This document shows positions 14,001-19,559 of a DNA stretch of 56,215 nt, in pieces; position 1 is the first letter of the stretch, and the number at the start of each line of letters is the position of its first letter. The notes beneath the pieces are model-generated. The model had not been told where the DNA came from. It was given only the letters and a program-made list of their open reading frames with translations, and ran no database searches. Both the position numbers and the translations under genes were made by a program. Source of the DNA: a virus (taxonomy: Duplodnaviria > Caudoviricetes); the IMG/VR virus record IMGVR_UViG_3300029998_000036, positions 1 through 56,215 of that record; one strand, given 5' to 3'.

Positions 14001-14505
14001 AAAGACTGAGACTAAAGCTATATTAGGTTCATTAACAGGTAATATGTTATTATCCTTAGTTGGCTTAGCTACATTACAGACTATGAATAACAATCTAGGT
14101 AAAGATGTAACTGAGATTACTGATGATGCTTTAAAGATGATAGCTGAACCTATGAATCTATCAGGACCGGTACAGAATAATTTAGTACGTGGAGTTGTTG
14201 GACTAGGATTTGATCTATTTGCTAATAAGCCTACATCTCAAAGTATTGTTAGTAATGCTTCTTATGGACAACAAGATTTACAATCTACATTAGGATTAGG
14301 TGTTGGACAATCTCAAGTATTAAAGCCTGAAGTAGTTATTGGATATGTAGCTTTACGTCATATATTAGAGGAAGCTAGAATAGTTCATAAAGTAACTGAT
14401 CATAAGCAAATGGAAGCTTTATTAGATAATACAATGATTGAAATGACTAATGAACTTGGCTTAGGTAATATAACTAGAACGTTATTAAAGAAAAAGAAAA
14501 AATAA
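2002..14505 (+). CDS. Giant virion protein: zincin (HExxH) domains + two-barrel (DPBB) RNA polymerase + hydrophobic C-terminal region; putative virion RNA polymerase/ejection polyprotein
   Basis: HEGTH (~aa777), HEQSH (~aa1000), NDGG (~aa1524), downstream Lys motifs LSKQ, NKSA and SSCFK, LVTRVP (~aa2015), TGADDDGDG (aa2054-2058). Located after small ejection-like genes. Confidence 0.75.
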   Translation: MPLTDILQDMGKTARQSTQPLTTEQPMQPEAIIDKAQVAKVKPKRKTYQELPEKEQTLVDKEQSEQYQRQLDNEANPFRSLDQNVFIPTTDDQGNTKLVYDNDEYMRAKKQADSILYDQFNNNPYPQYQEDYYNAFILKKDGNLFDATRGYAGSARVALKDMYADATGQSDPQREKARKYFSDIIDNYTGTIKSIDASKYYALAKGGSIDPKSMMHAESKQFGSDIFGAAAKGLGGILSGPLETNQGIDLFSGVKSLTEAVYQQNLGWIVDSKQHDEYVKGQTKLAQNEGLVGLLGLKGNIGGSEIKNIIKSQLQMSMEKYSNQLKEDGLFDPNAPDPLLVKMQNDLKAIDEEGTNLLDFAASTGVNLTSLITDIYSPLGAFNIGGKVAKGVEKVSFKVKRSVSIAKEMQLGKTFGEMDVPKLTKDVFSNFKVSENTLNEFNHVNKMTNAVNINKIPNVNLISEHPNVQAIVDYLKPFLKSEGVTLEGSLIEPAHSIIPNLTTAITTSYLQTIFGDVTPTSDEIEAASKNLGLMMTAGTVLFNGLLRGTMIENGLVKNSKLLQNIDPDKAERLVAMINNKNMFVNGLMDVAAGTTLELPSIMQFSAQDDTHGVGKAIAQSLITQLAMMGHGIISSGKGYLRESDHLKQENEYYKYVDKLTLYDKIDNVEVPIGKRDVNLGEYVYQRAKQQNIDADNMKLSDMKKLLDKTNLTKDQLKIIDKINDLAGDVSVNFSSTDMPYNRPGKFNANDNAITVNTSVATDRTFNLDGTMANLIIHEGTHALTAGEYRNNPTFAKNIDNMFDDLITSPLLSDTPILNQLSGPNGKDEMMALLAQGDPNIIKALNQSDVSGQYEYYKRKVGKLFGGKETYDKFVETLQSIQSTTPSEGTMYGSNISTLKAIAGGPVYSINNPMPYEVKNDLNDGKGNIRLAELSKGKIYINTDFTPDYFWKYLIGEVPSETSKQKQAMLARMAKVDGYSLDKVKSILTQPQDFIDFLHLHEQSHIDNNDSGKYSDYFKKYGKLDYMSADLINAEKRATLDALKIIEKRKATQPEAVRQEVESIISMTAKDPTSFDRTEVNKTQLIETYGRELIERSKPTDIGFFRNLGFMDKYNGFEDIASKDIDKITNLYVDYYNRVEGQSDDPKIQEQRLNKSLLQAMKLKNQVRKPEYTISFGMRDKQAILDNVSLNNTPKYPDGESLDPFRTKMDNFNDRYSKQLDRFNSVNLNESEKATLDILKGYDHVTVNGYINDKDTGHDSGTIIARNPELANQLAEKGFVYLPKATGGKVIKLNFNGKDPAIIAQDLMQMDLKYFLSSDGTYGRYGAGKAIGNDPVILSLLDWNKINKGILTKDYFIDSPNIEPKDLEKLQPIFQEVNNAIDNYLRGPNGEHIYKDSKPSLIDAFTSHYLNVIDESAQTKGTRLIKDNLGNTQIADKKIPNKYNAPLVDSDTFSYKGEQGITVFEKITGLGSDISYSDARRSGIDKDSKGIFRSTAIIDPDWLKPNTGLFPNEMLYRFMKEKENDGGQNYLNRESALIDSRALGKGDEIPALSKQGNGSSGTINKSAMHYQVFDEYNDLHESELTSFKKKLQYAGISDVSNSSCFKMPNSFEYIKKPGLIDGTTLVMDGGTNLLQVLDKNGKVDKDLKDETIKIYLHQLFNEGNTPEQFKHKTYLAGENPSNYMFGSHVYEDHKLNTGAGTLGINKTPNFSRTSRFFEGELGQKTYEATKDTERLIENSSKQQDNDICFLEATHRKYADLLNSAIDKNGLADFNINPEDATRLIRGMKTMINSLRESEVKNDYINVDYAELASKMIEDRYKYALDNNEPINDSIKDIFTLYHQMVGSRAGETYNQKAGQFTVYSEARSRIAEKAYQGYTAGMSVKLGTSNEGIASYHRGLDGFANMELRRQFDNLVKQGFTNKPSEESTLLHNKIEEFGGDIESVYSEWSKLHIDKIKEGLLNTTAELLPEIFDETGWWKENAKLSGIVLSAKDIEQLNKISAEPITLGSKILVTRVPLDNEASMMPAVVIGLENHNGGVVRGNKELIAHFTGADDDGDGISLRPADKFNFPKKNFDPIWEHWKEQMSYMNNVKKGASDLEAQEKILQNGTRKVYNTLKQYIPNLQANELIQKSNQPGIFNRAMQADKSMDVTARNATALHVAKNGLSPELRNMEIDIGGKMYPAFDVITAYLNPKSVDMFNPQVVDNKNAVANLMGYSDLDSMLTEVGGKGRSALKKFKELGYNEASEKLASTVSDEGGPLNRVAKFLNDNTMEHGLNKDHTSIFAAHNKMQSNMADQIMSKVTDTVNNMSFQNEDGSLNRTKLLFTPVINTAHGKKVSLGDLAIALNQSKGQEFYDVVQRIFGIDYPTIDKILKGNQRVNVKLDGNDYNISPNIKQLAGIHTKNVLNSLVLGPGNIKTIELNKQLGTSMTIYPDRTIKLPDGTIKPIHQLFERDGNVKAFKTPYENNQFIYAVQKAIKTSGNKQGLVFDNSQESIKMRNKEYINSIADAFSNGTEDASLMTTAIAYHPTSPDGTTLLNNGTNEPSSIWAQSNGPQMRNDLIKNYMSQGIDKKTAEYLSKKKLTAGYVDLLNLTGLPLKVDKGTSLVDFTLQKQTDMLYPNNNDLGTTERFDNPFYSSVQSLKNEPTRKLFEMRKGDIADYVMKVDKRAGRLMRQGLAGKALSSLSNEQYHGIIKDILKPAIESNIVKVSSKQKWNEAHTKEVLDNLESVLESNNIDNAEKSWQDSFGSKIGSTLFRANYIAGLFKDLANANKTYNNRSTQFALFNTRTPEGIIDRVSVYKNFYDASHEYIKFFTNTGDVSNEHPGLVKDILEKTSGNVLAATYMSKALVEIVKPLDFYNNIKDSMKSQITQFHLDKNLTGHLQDFKPEELTNIFKDDDLSNILSNTNFSSITGIETIKQALCNYGGVSGDLNNTELIAKQIAKSWKETKLNPIDYYHEDIETGGEYKTAIPKHLVESVPPEVLADYNAWSLSQGYQEKVGELHKELDLKSNQIEKAVNSFLKYKTFYNAIGDQALNLAKSFDDFIIKQKFDVNDPSSFGPLGLATRAVNNLTELSNDLKSMDSKRFLSSISTTEAGDLAFASELNTKLIQPTLKEEGILQETREELNTKFDYKNQSGVPMMRMMLNAIEATGHGPINDIGTRKFFTDMLREQSNEMYNRNLFGQKPNIPIDISQTALPIDDIIGSAIEYHNLNNQDKMWYDQMQKLGVPEFQDAWSNLDHISKRDLSEVARQVISSKVSGAINKAKGDMVIQEFWDDNGLSFDPARPKKLEDGSYGYIGIDVNGIKKNIDLIDLYNLLDKSDRSYKTIYDPSRLSGKVNSQVQVALLNMQEVARQSYGRYGDDNPYAAGLITEKLSQGINGKYRFMHDHDVSMWASQLDDKDSSQPFDAGSPMSIIANVNGESRQLVGYGITIMNRSVDVKNSDKMKAINKLEASGYHADLAPDQKAMMTNGRKIPSLIMVDSFGGKDPVIYSIPLSSVQNATSGDCYGWTSNRQLERLKKASNGIVDGIVSSLKNPRIVENDFKAYPDAKYVMDREGFYQDYNYKADNTKGNLQVRQKLLTLAGGLPNSEFRQYAVAMSKDAIGTDLIKLMADGYNSYQGKMKYWGGSYVVTTAAAGLIATGAALTGNIPLAGLMAGTALKSVAGFTKNILWRKVIANRATTGQWALRNYIPDLDKNKDLTISDSFASYIWRPLTEVYKSLGEVKSLSESDLSMAAGKIARLTFGEHLTTEGSNYGLDIQTKDVSLQKKIYKERLDILEKTNKMIENAGRTDLDVTKAQYLLEDLLSSSKFNKDVKGLVYKDQSGSFSTIAGLTKEDITVAKDELGSWLSSTAYAQFLANQEKNSAMNTTKVGLKHSINMQEQLKKAFGNREIFQDGAVNQTAWDDVLTMNTLSYISQRTIGNFEKIGSAATPFGRWALMFSQFLHENIYDTTIGSANRRKLYRALENEINLLPKDDVARKVMTKYGILVGDKLFHTPKTETKAILGSLTGNMLLSLVGLATLQTMNNNLGKDVTEITDDALKMIAEPMNLSGPVQNNLVRGVVGLGFDLFANKPTSQSIVSNASYGQQDLQSTLGLGVGQSQVLKPEVVIGYVALRHILEEARIVHKVTDHKQMEALLDNTMIEMTNELGLGNITRTLLKKKKK

Positions 14506-14536
14506 TTTGTTAATTGATTGATTTTGTTTATATTTG
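14506..14536 (+). promoter_or_regulatory. Bacteroidota/FCB-type primary sigma promoter (-33 TTTG, -7 TAnnTTTG)
   Basis: TTTG 14506-14509, 19-bp spacer, TATATTTG 14529-14536; intergenic, upstream of the holin/terminase genes. Confidence 0.65.
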
Positions 14537-14566
14537 CAATGTATTAATACACATATAGGAAAGAAC

Positions 14567-14872
14567 ATGCGAGAATTTTATGTGAAGTCGTTAGACGAAA
14601 AGCGTACAGTTAAGGAAGGAAACTGTTATTTAGGAGTTAATACTCTTGTTATCAATGGAGAGCTTAAATTATTGGTAATAGATGACAAGAAAAATATGTT
14701 TCCTTTGAATTACCATAGAGTAGAGTTTTTGGGATTCTTAGCCGAAGGAGATTTAATCTACAAGCCTGAGAATACTATCGTAGCTACTGTTGTTGCTGGT
14801 ACTACTCCAGAGGATTTGGATAAAGCTATTAATGCTTCTTTATCAACTAAAAAACAAAAGGATATAGTATAA
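14567..14872 (+). CDS. Hypothetical protein
   Basis: ORF 14534..14872; ATG 14567 preceded by AGGA is the more likely start. Confidence 0.6.
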   Translation: MREFYVKSLDEKRTVKEGNCYLGVNTLVINGELKLLVIDDKKNMFPLNYHRVEFLGFLAEGDLIYKPENTIVATVVAGTTPEDLDKAINASLSTKKQKDIV

Positions 14873-14910
14873 TGGCTAAGCCTAAAGGACCAAAGAAACC
14901 CGGTTGTTAA
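14872..14910 (+). CDS. Micro-ORF, basic 12-aa peptide MAKPKGPKKPGC
   Basis: TAATG coupling to the upstream stop; ends 1 nt before the next ATG and fills the gap exactly. Confidence 0.45.
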   Translation: MAKPKGPKKPGC

Positions 14911-14911
14911 T

Positions 14912-15370
14912 ATGGTAGATATTATACCACCGGATAGAGAATATATTGCTAAAGTTAATGCCGACCAATTGTCATTAGAACGCTCAGAAGCTAAAGCTAA
15001 GGCATTAAAGGATCGTGAAGCAATAGATTCTATGACTGCCAATCTAGAGGCTCAATACAGAGCCTCTATTGAGGTAAAAGAACAACCTAGTATTTGGAGT
15101 ATAGCTTGGTTTATCATAACTAACTCTCCAAAGTTATTAGTATTAATTTATCAATTCTTAAAGGTTATAACAATGAATGAAGACAAGAAGACTACAGTTA
15201 TGGCTACTGCTAAAATAGTATGTGGTATCATTGCCTTAGGATTAAGTATATTTCATATTGACTTATCTGCCGGTATGCAAGAAACATTAGTTGGTTTAGC
15301 TGGTTCAGGTTATTTAGTATTCTCTTGGTTACAAGGACTATTCACCAATAAAAAGACTGAAGCAAAATAA
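14912..15370 (+). CDS. Putative holin-like membrane protein
   Basis: Hydrophobic segments (IVCGIIALGLSIF, LVGLAGSGYLVFSWL), basic C-terminus, coupled to the terminase gene. Confidence 0.5.
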   Translation: MVDIIPPDREYIAKVNADQLSLERSEAKAKALKDREAIDSMTANLEAQYRASIEVKEQPSIWSIAWFIITNSPKLLVLIYQFLKVITMNEDKKTTVMATAKIVCGIIALGLSIFHIDLSAGMQETLVGLAGSGYLVFSWLQGLFTNKKTEAK

Positions 15371-17220
15371 TGGATGAACAATTCCTATTAAGCTTACTAG
15401 ACAATACTGCGCCTAGGTCCCAATTACAGGATCTAGGCATTTTAAAATTTGCTAAAACTTTCTTTCCTAAAAGATTTGAATACGATTTCGCTGATGTTCA
15501 TTATGATATGATTATGCTATTGTTCATGTTACTTGATCCTCAATACGAATATCAAACTGAACGTCAAGCATACTTCCTAGTGCATAGAGAAGCCGCTAAG
15601 ACTACTTTAGGTACATTCTTATTCCCAATGTATCTTATCTATATGAAAGGTCTTAAAATCAATGCTAGGCTCTATAATCGTAGCTGGAAAGGTAGAGGTG
15701 ATGATGAGAATTATAGACTAGGACAAATAGAGATTAATGAGAATTTTATATTAATAGCTTCTGAAACTGCTAGAGCTTCTGAGAATTTTGTTGTTTCATT
15801 AAGAGATGAGATTACTAGACGTTCTGATATGTCTATGATATTTGGAGAGAAAGATCCTAAAGAGATTATCATTGAAGATGAAAGAGAACGTAAGACTGAT
15901 AATACATGGCGTAAAGCCGCATTCAAGACAGCCGATAATACTGTTGTTATTGGACTAGGAGCTGGACAACAATCACGTGGTACTAATATTGATGGCTCAC
16001 GTCCTACCTTAGTTATCGTAGACGATATGTATTCACATAAGAATATAACAACTGAGGAGTCACGTGAAAAGATACGTTATTGGTTCGATTCAGAGCTTAC
16101 AAACTCATTAGATTCACGTAAAGGTAAAATACTATGGTCTGGTACTTTATTGCATCCTGATACGGTTGTAAAGGACTTTGATAAAGAAGACTGGTTCGGT
16201 ATATCAAGACCGCTTATCAATGTAGAGGAATTAACTGAAGTTATCAAAGGTTGTTCTAATAGTGGTTCATTTGTTATGCCTTCTAAGGAATGGTGCATTA
16301 GGAAACAACCTACATTAAAATCATTATCTTGGACTAGCCGGCATGATCTATATTCGATCATGTTACGTTATCGTAAAGCCTTGGATAAAGGTAAACTAAA
16401 TAACTTCTATCAGGAGTTTATGAATGAATACTTAGCTCCTGAAACTAAAATGATTCATAAAGATTCTTTTCTACCTTGTAAGCTTAATATATTTAAACAG
16501 CAAGGTATGCAAATGGTAGAGTTTAAACATGAGAACATTGACTGGTATGGTACTTGCTCTTTGTCAATCGGTTTTGATATTGCTAGTTCTACTTCTAACA
16601 ATACTGATGATACCGTTATTATGGTTGCTGGTTATGCTAGATGTTATCCTAAGATACAAGGTTTAGACTGGCAATCACAACAATCAACTATGCCTATGGG
16701 TAGAGTATTCCCTATCATAGCTCATATTGAAGGTGGTAAGTATTCTATCCATAACTATCAGAATACTAAAGGTCAATTAGAATCAATAGAAGCCTTATGT
16801 AGACGCTACGTAATAGACCGTGTTAAGATGGAGGCTAATGGACAACAGGCTTTAATAGAAAGAGAGCTTAGAAGTCATTTACAAGAGAATAATATACATG
16901 TTAGTGTTTGGGCTGAGTATACTAGTCAAAACAAAGCTGATCGTATATTGTCAGTAGTATTGCCTGTTATCCAAAAGTATACTAATATCTTATGTGAACC
17001 TAGTTCTTTAATTGAAAAACTATACTTTCAAACATTAACAGTTGGTATGAGTGATCATGATGATTATGCAGATGCCTATTCAATTGCAATGAAAGCTTCT
17101 AAACCTCCATTAAGAGTATTTGGACTTCAAACACATTTAGATACATCTGTAACGCAAACTAAGACGCGATGGGATCAATTAGTTGATGCGTACGGCAATG
17201 ATGCCTATTTATATTTATAG
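15370..17220 (+). CDS. terL: Terminase large subunit
   Basis: Walker A-like HREAAKTT, RGTNIDGSRPTLVIVDD (Walker B), GTLLHPD coupling motif, FYQEFMN, nuclease GFDIA and HDDYADA. Confidence 0.9.
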   Translation: MDEQFLLSLLDNTAPRSQLQDLGILKFAKTFFPKRFEYDFADVHYDMIMLLFMLLDPQYEYQTERQAYFLVHREAAKTTLGTFLFPMYLIYMKGLKINARLYNRSWKGRGDDENYRLGQIEINENFILIASETARASENFVVSLRDEITRRSDMSMIFGEKDPKEIIIEDERERKTDNTWRKAAFKTADNTVVIGLGAGQQSRGTNIDGSRPTLVIVDDMYSHKNITTEESREKIRYWFDSELTNSLDSRKGKILWSGTLLHPDTVVKDFDKEDWFGISRPLINVEELTEVIKGCSNSGSFVMPSKEWCIRKQPTLKSLSWTSRHDLYSIMLRYRKALDKGKLNNFYQEFMNEYLAPETKMIHKDSFLPCKLNIFKQQGMQMVEFKHENIDWYGTCSLSIGFDIASSTSNNTDDTVIMVAGYARCYPKIQGLDWQSQQSTMPMGRVFPIIAHIEGGKYSIHNYQNTKGQLESIEALCRRYVIDRVKMEANGQQALIERELRSHLQENNIHVSVWAEYTSQNKADRILSVVLPVIQKYTNILCEPSSLIEKLYFQTLTVGMSDHDDYADAYSIAMKASKPPLRVFGLQTHLDTSVTQTKTRWDQLVDAYGNDAYLYL

Positions 17221-17228
17221 GAGCTTAA

Positions 17229-17717
17229 ATGGGACGTAGGTTAGCAAATAGACAACCGGAGAATAAGAACCCTAGACTATTTAATCTTAATCATAGAGAT
17301 ATAGCTATTATTAGTCTAATTGGTAATGGAGTACAATATGATGATGCTATTAATACTTTTTATAAAGATAAACAGGCTATCAATAGAAGGCAGGATTTAA
17401 AACGTAATCCAATATTTCTATTTGCCTTAGCCAAGGAGCTTAGAGTGGTTAATGAATTTAAAGATGCCGGCTTAGATGAAACATGGTTAGCTAAACAATT
17501 GATGTCATTAGTAGAGGATAAAACAGAGAATCAATCAATGCGTAGCCAAGCTCTTACCATGATCAAAGATACTTTTACTCAACAGAATAAACAAAAAGGC
17601 GGTATGATAAGTGGTTTGATGCAACAGCAGCAATCTAGCCAATCATTGCCTGATAGTCAAGGAATGATAAGAAGAATATCTGAGACTACTACAAAGACTA
17701 TCGAAGATCTTATTTAA
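17229..17717 (+). CDS. Possible terminase small subunit
   Basis: 162 aa next to terL; HTH-like N-terminus and a helical-hairpin segment (GLDETWLAKQLMSLVED...RSQALTMI). Confidence 0.4.
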   Translation: MGRRLANRQPENKNPRLFNLNHRDIAIISLIGNGVQYDDAINTFYKDKQAINRRQDLKRNPIFLFALAKELRVVNEFKDAGLDETWLAKQLMSLVEDKTENQSMRSQALTMIKDTFTQQNKQKGGMISGLMQQQQSSQSLPDSQGMIRRISETTTKTIEDLI

Positions 17718-17723
17718 ACTATT

Positions 17724-17761
17724 AAAAAAATCCCTATATATCGTATTGATATATAGGGATT
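17724..17761. terminator. Intrinsic terminator between convergent operons
   Basis: AATCCCTATATATC-GTATT-GATATATAGGGATT 14-bp stem; A7 on the left gives a U tract on the minus strand. Confidence 0.85.
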
Positions 17762-17768
17762 AATTGTT

Positions 17769-17948
17769 TTAAGATTTAAACTGTTTTTGGTACTCTTCTG
17801 CTTTACTGAACATACTATCAACAATAGATTCTAGTTTTGCTTTATCTATTGTATTGTTAGATTCTATTAATGTTCCTATCTCTATATATCCATCTAATAG
17901 TATATCTAATATTTCCTGTAAATAGATTATCGTATCAGTTATTTTCAT
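17769..17948 (-). CDS. Small hypothetical protein (59 aa)
   Basis: Open frame MKITDTIIYLQEILD... with GAGG upstream; last gene of the leftward operon. Confidence 0.5.
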   Translation of the reverse strand: MKITDTIIYLQEILDILLDGYIEIGTLIESNNTIDKAKLESIVDSMFSKAEEYQKQFKS

Positions 17949-17949
17949 A

Positions 17950-18174
17950 TTAACCTCTATTACTTTCTATCGAATCATCCATTGCATTGCATAGTAATTT
18001 ACAATCAGGACAATATAGTCTTTGAGCGTATTCTAACGAAGCTTTTAATCCTTCATCTGTATCATGCATATTTGATTGACTAACTATTGAGTTAATTCTA
18101 GCTTTACATACATGGCACTCTGGTATCTTAGTTGTCCAGTTATTCAATGCTACTATTAATTTACTTTTTGTCAT
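17950..18174 (-). CDS. Small Zn-finger-like protein
   Basis: CHVC and CPDC motifs. Confidence 0.55.
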   Translation of the reverse strand: MTKSKLIVALNNWTTKIPECHVCKARINSIVSQSNMHDTDEGLKASLEYAQRLYCPDCKLLCNAMDDSIESNRG

Positions 18175-18383
18175 TTTGTTTCTTCTTGTTTAATTATATT
18201 ATTAATTTGAAGTTCTATTCTATTCAATTCTGTTCTAATATTTGACTCGTTTTCTATTATATCGGGTATTGGTGCTAGATATACTTTCGATTGATTGTTG
18301 TTTACAACCCAATAGTCTTTCAAATATATTTTTATATCTGCAATAGAATTAAGTATTATTTGAATATCGTTATTCTTTGTCAT
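18171..18383 (-). CDS. Hypothetical protein
   Basis: ORF with AAGGA RBS; 4-nt overlap with the next gene. Confidence 0.6.
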   Translation of the reverse strand: MTKNNDIQIILNSIADIKIYLKDYWVVNNNQSKVYLAPIPDIIENESNIRTELNRIELQINNIIKQEETK

Positions 18384-18394
18384 TTTATTATTCC

Positions 18395-18580
18395 TTATTT
18401 TGGTTGAGAATCTAATATTTGTTTTACTAAGTGTCTTATATCTTTTAATGCTTTAATACAATTTGCTATGTCGTTGTTACGAAAAGTTACTATTGTATCT
18501 GATTTCGCTCTCCATTGAGATTTTAATGTATCTCCAATTGAATAAGCCATATTCTGTATTCCATATAATTCTTTAAGCAT
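18395..18580 (-). CDS. Hypothetical protein
   Basis: ORF with AAGGA RBS. Confidence 0.6.
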   Translation of the reverse strand: MLKELYGIQNMAYSIGDTLKSQWRAKSDTIVTFRNNDIANCIKALKDIRHLVKQILDSQPK

Positions 18581-18603
18581 AACTATTATTCCTTAAACTA
18601 AAT

Positions 18604-18628
18604 AAAAAAAAGCCCTATCTCTAGGGCT
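18604..18628 (-). terminator. Intrinsic terminator
   Basis: AGCCCTA-TCTC-TAGGGCT stem with an A tract on the left (U tract on the minus strand). Confidence 0.8.
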
Positions 18629-18636
18629 AATTAATA

Positions 18637-19008
18637 TTACATTGTTATACATAAATTCTTGATAATAGTCTTTTGATCTTTGCTAACTGAAGCTTTACTC
18701 GACATCCAAATAGAATGACCTTCGACTACAATTGGTTCGTTAAAGCTAGTATTAGTATAATCTATTCCTTTAGATTCAAAGAACTTCTTTAACTCTACTG
18801 CTGTCAATGTATTGTTAAACGTCTTAAAGCATACGAAATGGACTGTAGGATCATATTTAGATACAATGACTGCTGAAGTATCTACCTTAGATAATATCTG
18901 TCCTAATGACATCGTAAGAGCTTCTGGAGTAGTTACTGTTTGTTGTACTGGAATGTTTGTAGGATCGAATGAGTTTGCTGTTGCTGTTGTTTGGTTAGTT
19001 GTTTCCAT
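18637..19008 (-). CDS. Hypothetical early protein
   Basis: ORF 18637..19020; ATG 19008 preceded by GGAG is the likely start; has its own terminator. Confidence 0.65.
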   Translation of the reverse strand: METTNQTTATANSFDPTNIPVQQTVTTPEALTMSLGQILSKVDTSAVIVSKYDPTVHFVCFKTFNNTLTAVELKKFFESKGIDYTNTSFNEPIVVEGHSIWMSSKASVSKDQKTIIKNLCITM

Positions 19009-19063
19009 GATAATCTCCACGAGAGAAGAGTAGTATTTGCATCACTCTTAAGCCACTCTGAAT

Positions 19064-19169
19064 ATCAATTGTTTTTGGAAAAGAACTAAGGAATCGAACC
19101 TTGGGCTCCAATATACGTTAGGAGGAATAGATCCAGCTATTCATGCACTCCTCTCCAAAAACAATTGAT
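19064..19169 (-). ncRNA. tRNA-like structured RNA within a long terminal stem
   Basis: Perfect 16-bp inverted repeat (19064-79/19154-69) extended by G-U pairs on the minus strand; T-arm AAGG-TTCGATT-CCTT, D-like arm GAATAG-CTGGAT-CTATTC, middle arm CTCC/GGAG. Confidence 0.65.
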
Positions 19170-19212
19170 TAAAGAGAAACTCTCATAATAAGTTGTATAA
19201 TTGTTAATCAAA

Positions 19213-19228
19213 ATAAAACGAAAATTAA
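19213..19228 (-). promoter_or_regulatory. Early promoter-like motif, copy 1 (TTAATTTTCGTTTTAT)
   Basis: 15/16 match to the repeated motif; upstream of the tRNA-like RNA. Confidence 0.6.
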
Positions 19229-19252
19229 ATATTATCTAATAATAGATAATAA

Positions 19253-19513
19253 TTAAATTAAAGAAGTAATTAAATCATTTGCTTCTTTACCAAATGTCCT
19301 AGTTATAAAGTCCGATTGGCTACCATCAATATCTATGTTATAACCAAAATTAGATACTAAGTAATCATCAAACTTAACTATATCAAAGAATATATCTCCT
19401 ATCATTGTAGACAACATTGGATCCACATACTCTTTTAATGAAGTATGGAAAGTCTTAAGAAACAAAGAAGAAATTGAATTGATTTGATTGAAAGGTATAA
19501 TGGCAATACTCAA
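19253..19513 (-). CDS. Hypothetical phage protein
   Basis: 86-aa ORF (TTG start) downstream of motif copy 2. Confidence 0.6.
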   Translation of the reverse strand: MSIAIIPFNQINSISSLFLKTFHTSLKEYVDPMLSTMIGDIFFDIVKFDDYLVSNFGYNIDIDGSQSDFITRTFGKEANDLITSLI

Positions 19514-19534
19514 TAATAGTTATTAATAATCAAT

Positions 19535-19550
19535 ATATAACGAAAATTAA
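19535..19550 (-). promoter_or_regulatory. Early promoter-like motif, copy 2 (TTAATTTTCGTTATAT)
   Basis: Exact 16-mer, oriented towards the leftward genes. Confidence 0.65.
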
Positions 19551-19559
19551 ACACAACTT

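Noticed and set aside
245-14093. Minus-strand and alternate-frame ORFs inside long genes (e.g. 245..496, 2970..3335, 5073..5378, 7833..8090, 13758..14093, and similar ones elsewhere)
   Set aside because: Shadows of long coding genes with no recognisable motifs.
19076-19156. Canonical tRNA-Tyr or tRNA-Sec
   Set aside because: No U33 or purine 37, non-standard stems and linker, no long variable arm, no UCA anticodon. Kept as a tRNA-like ncRNA.
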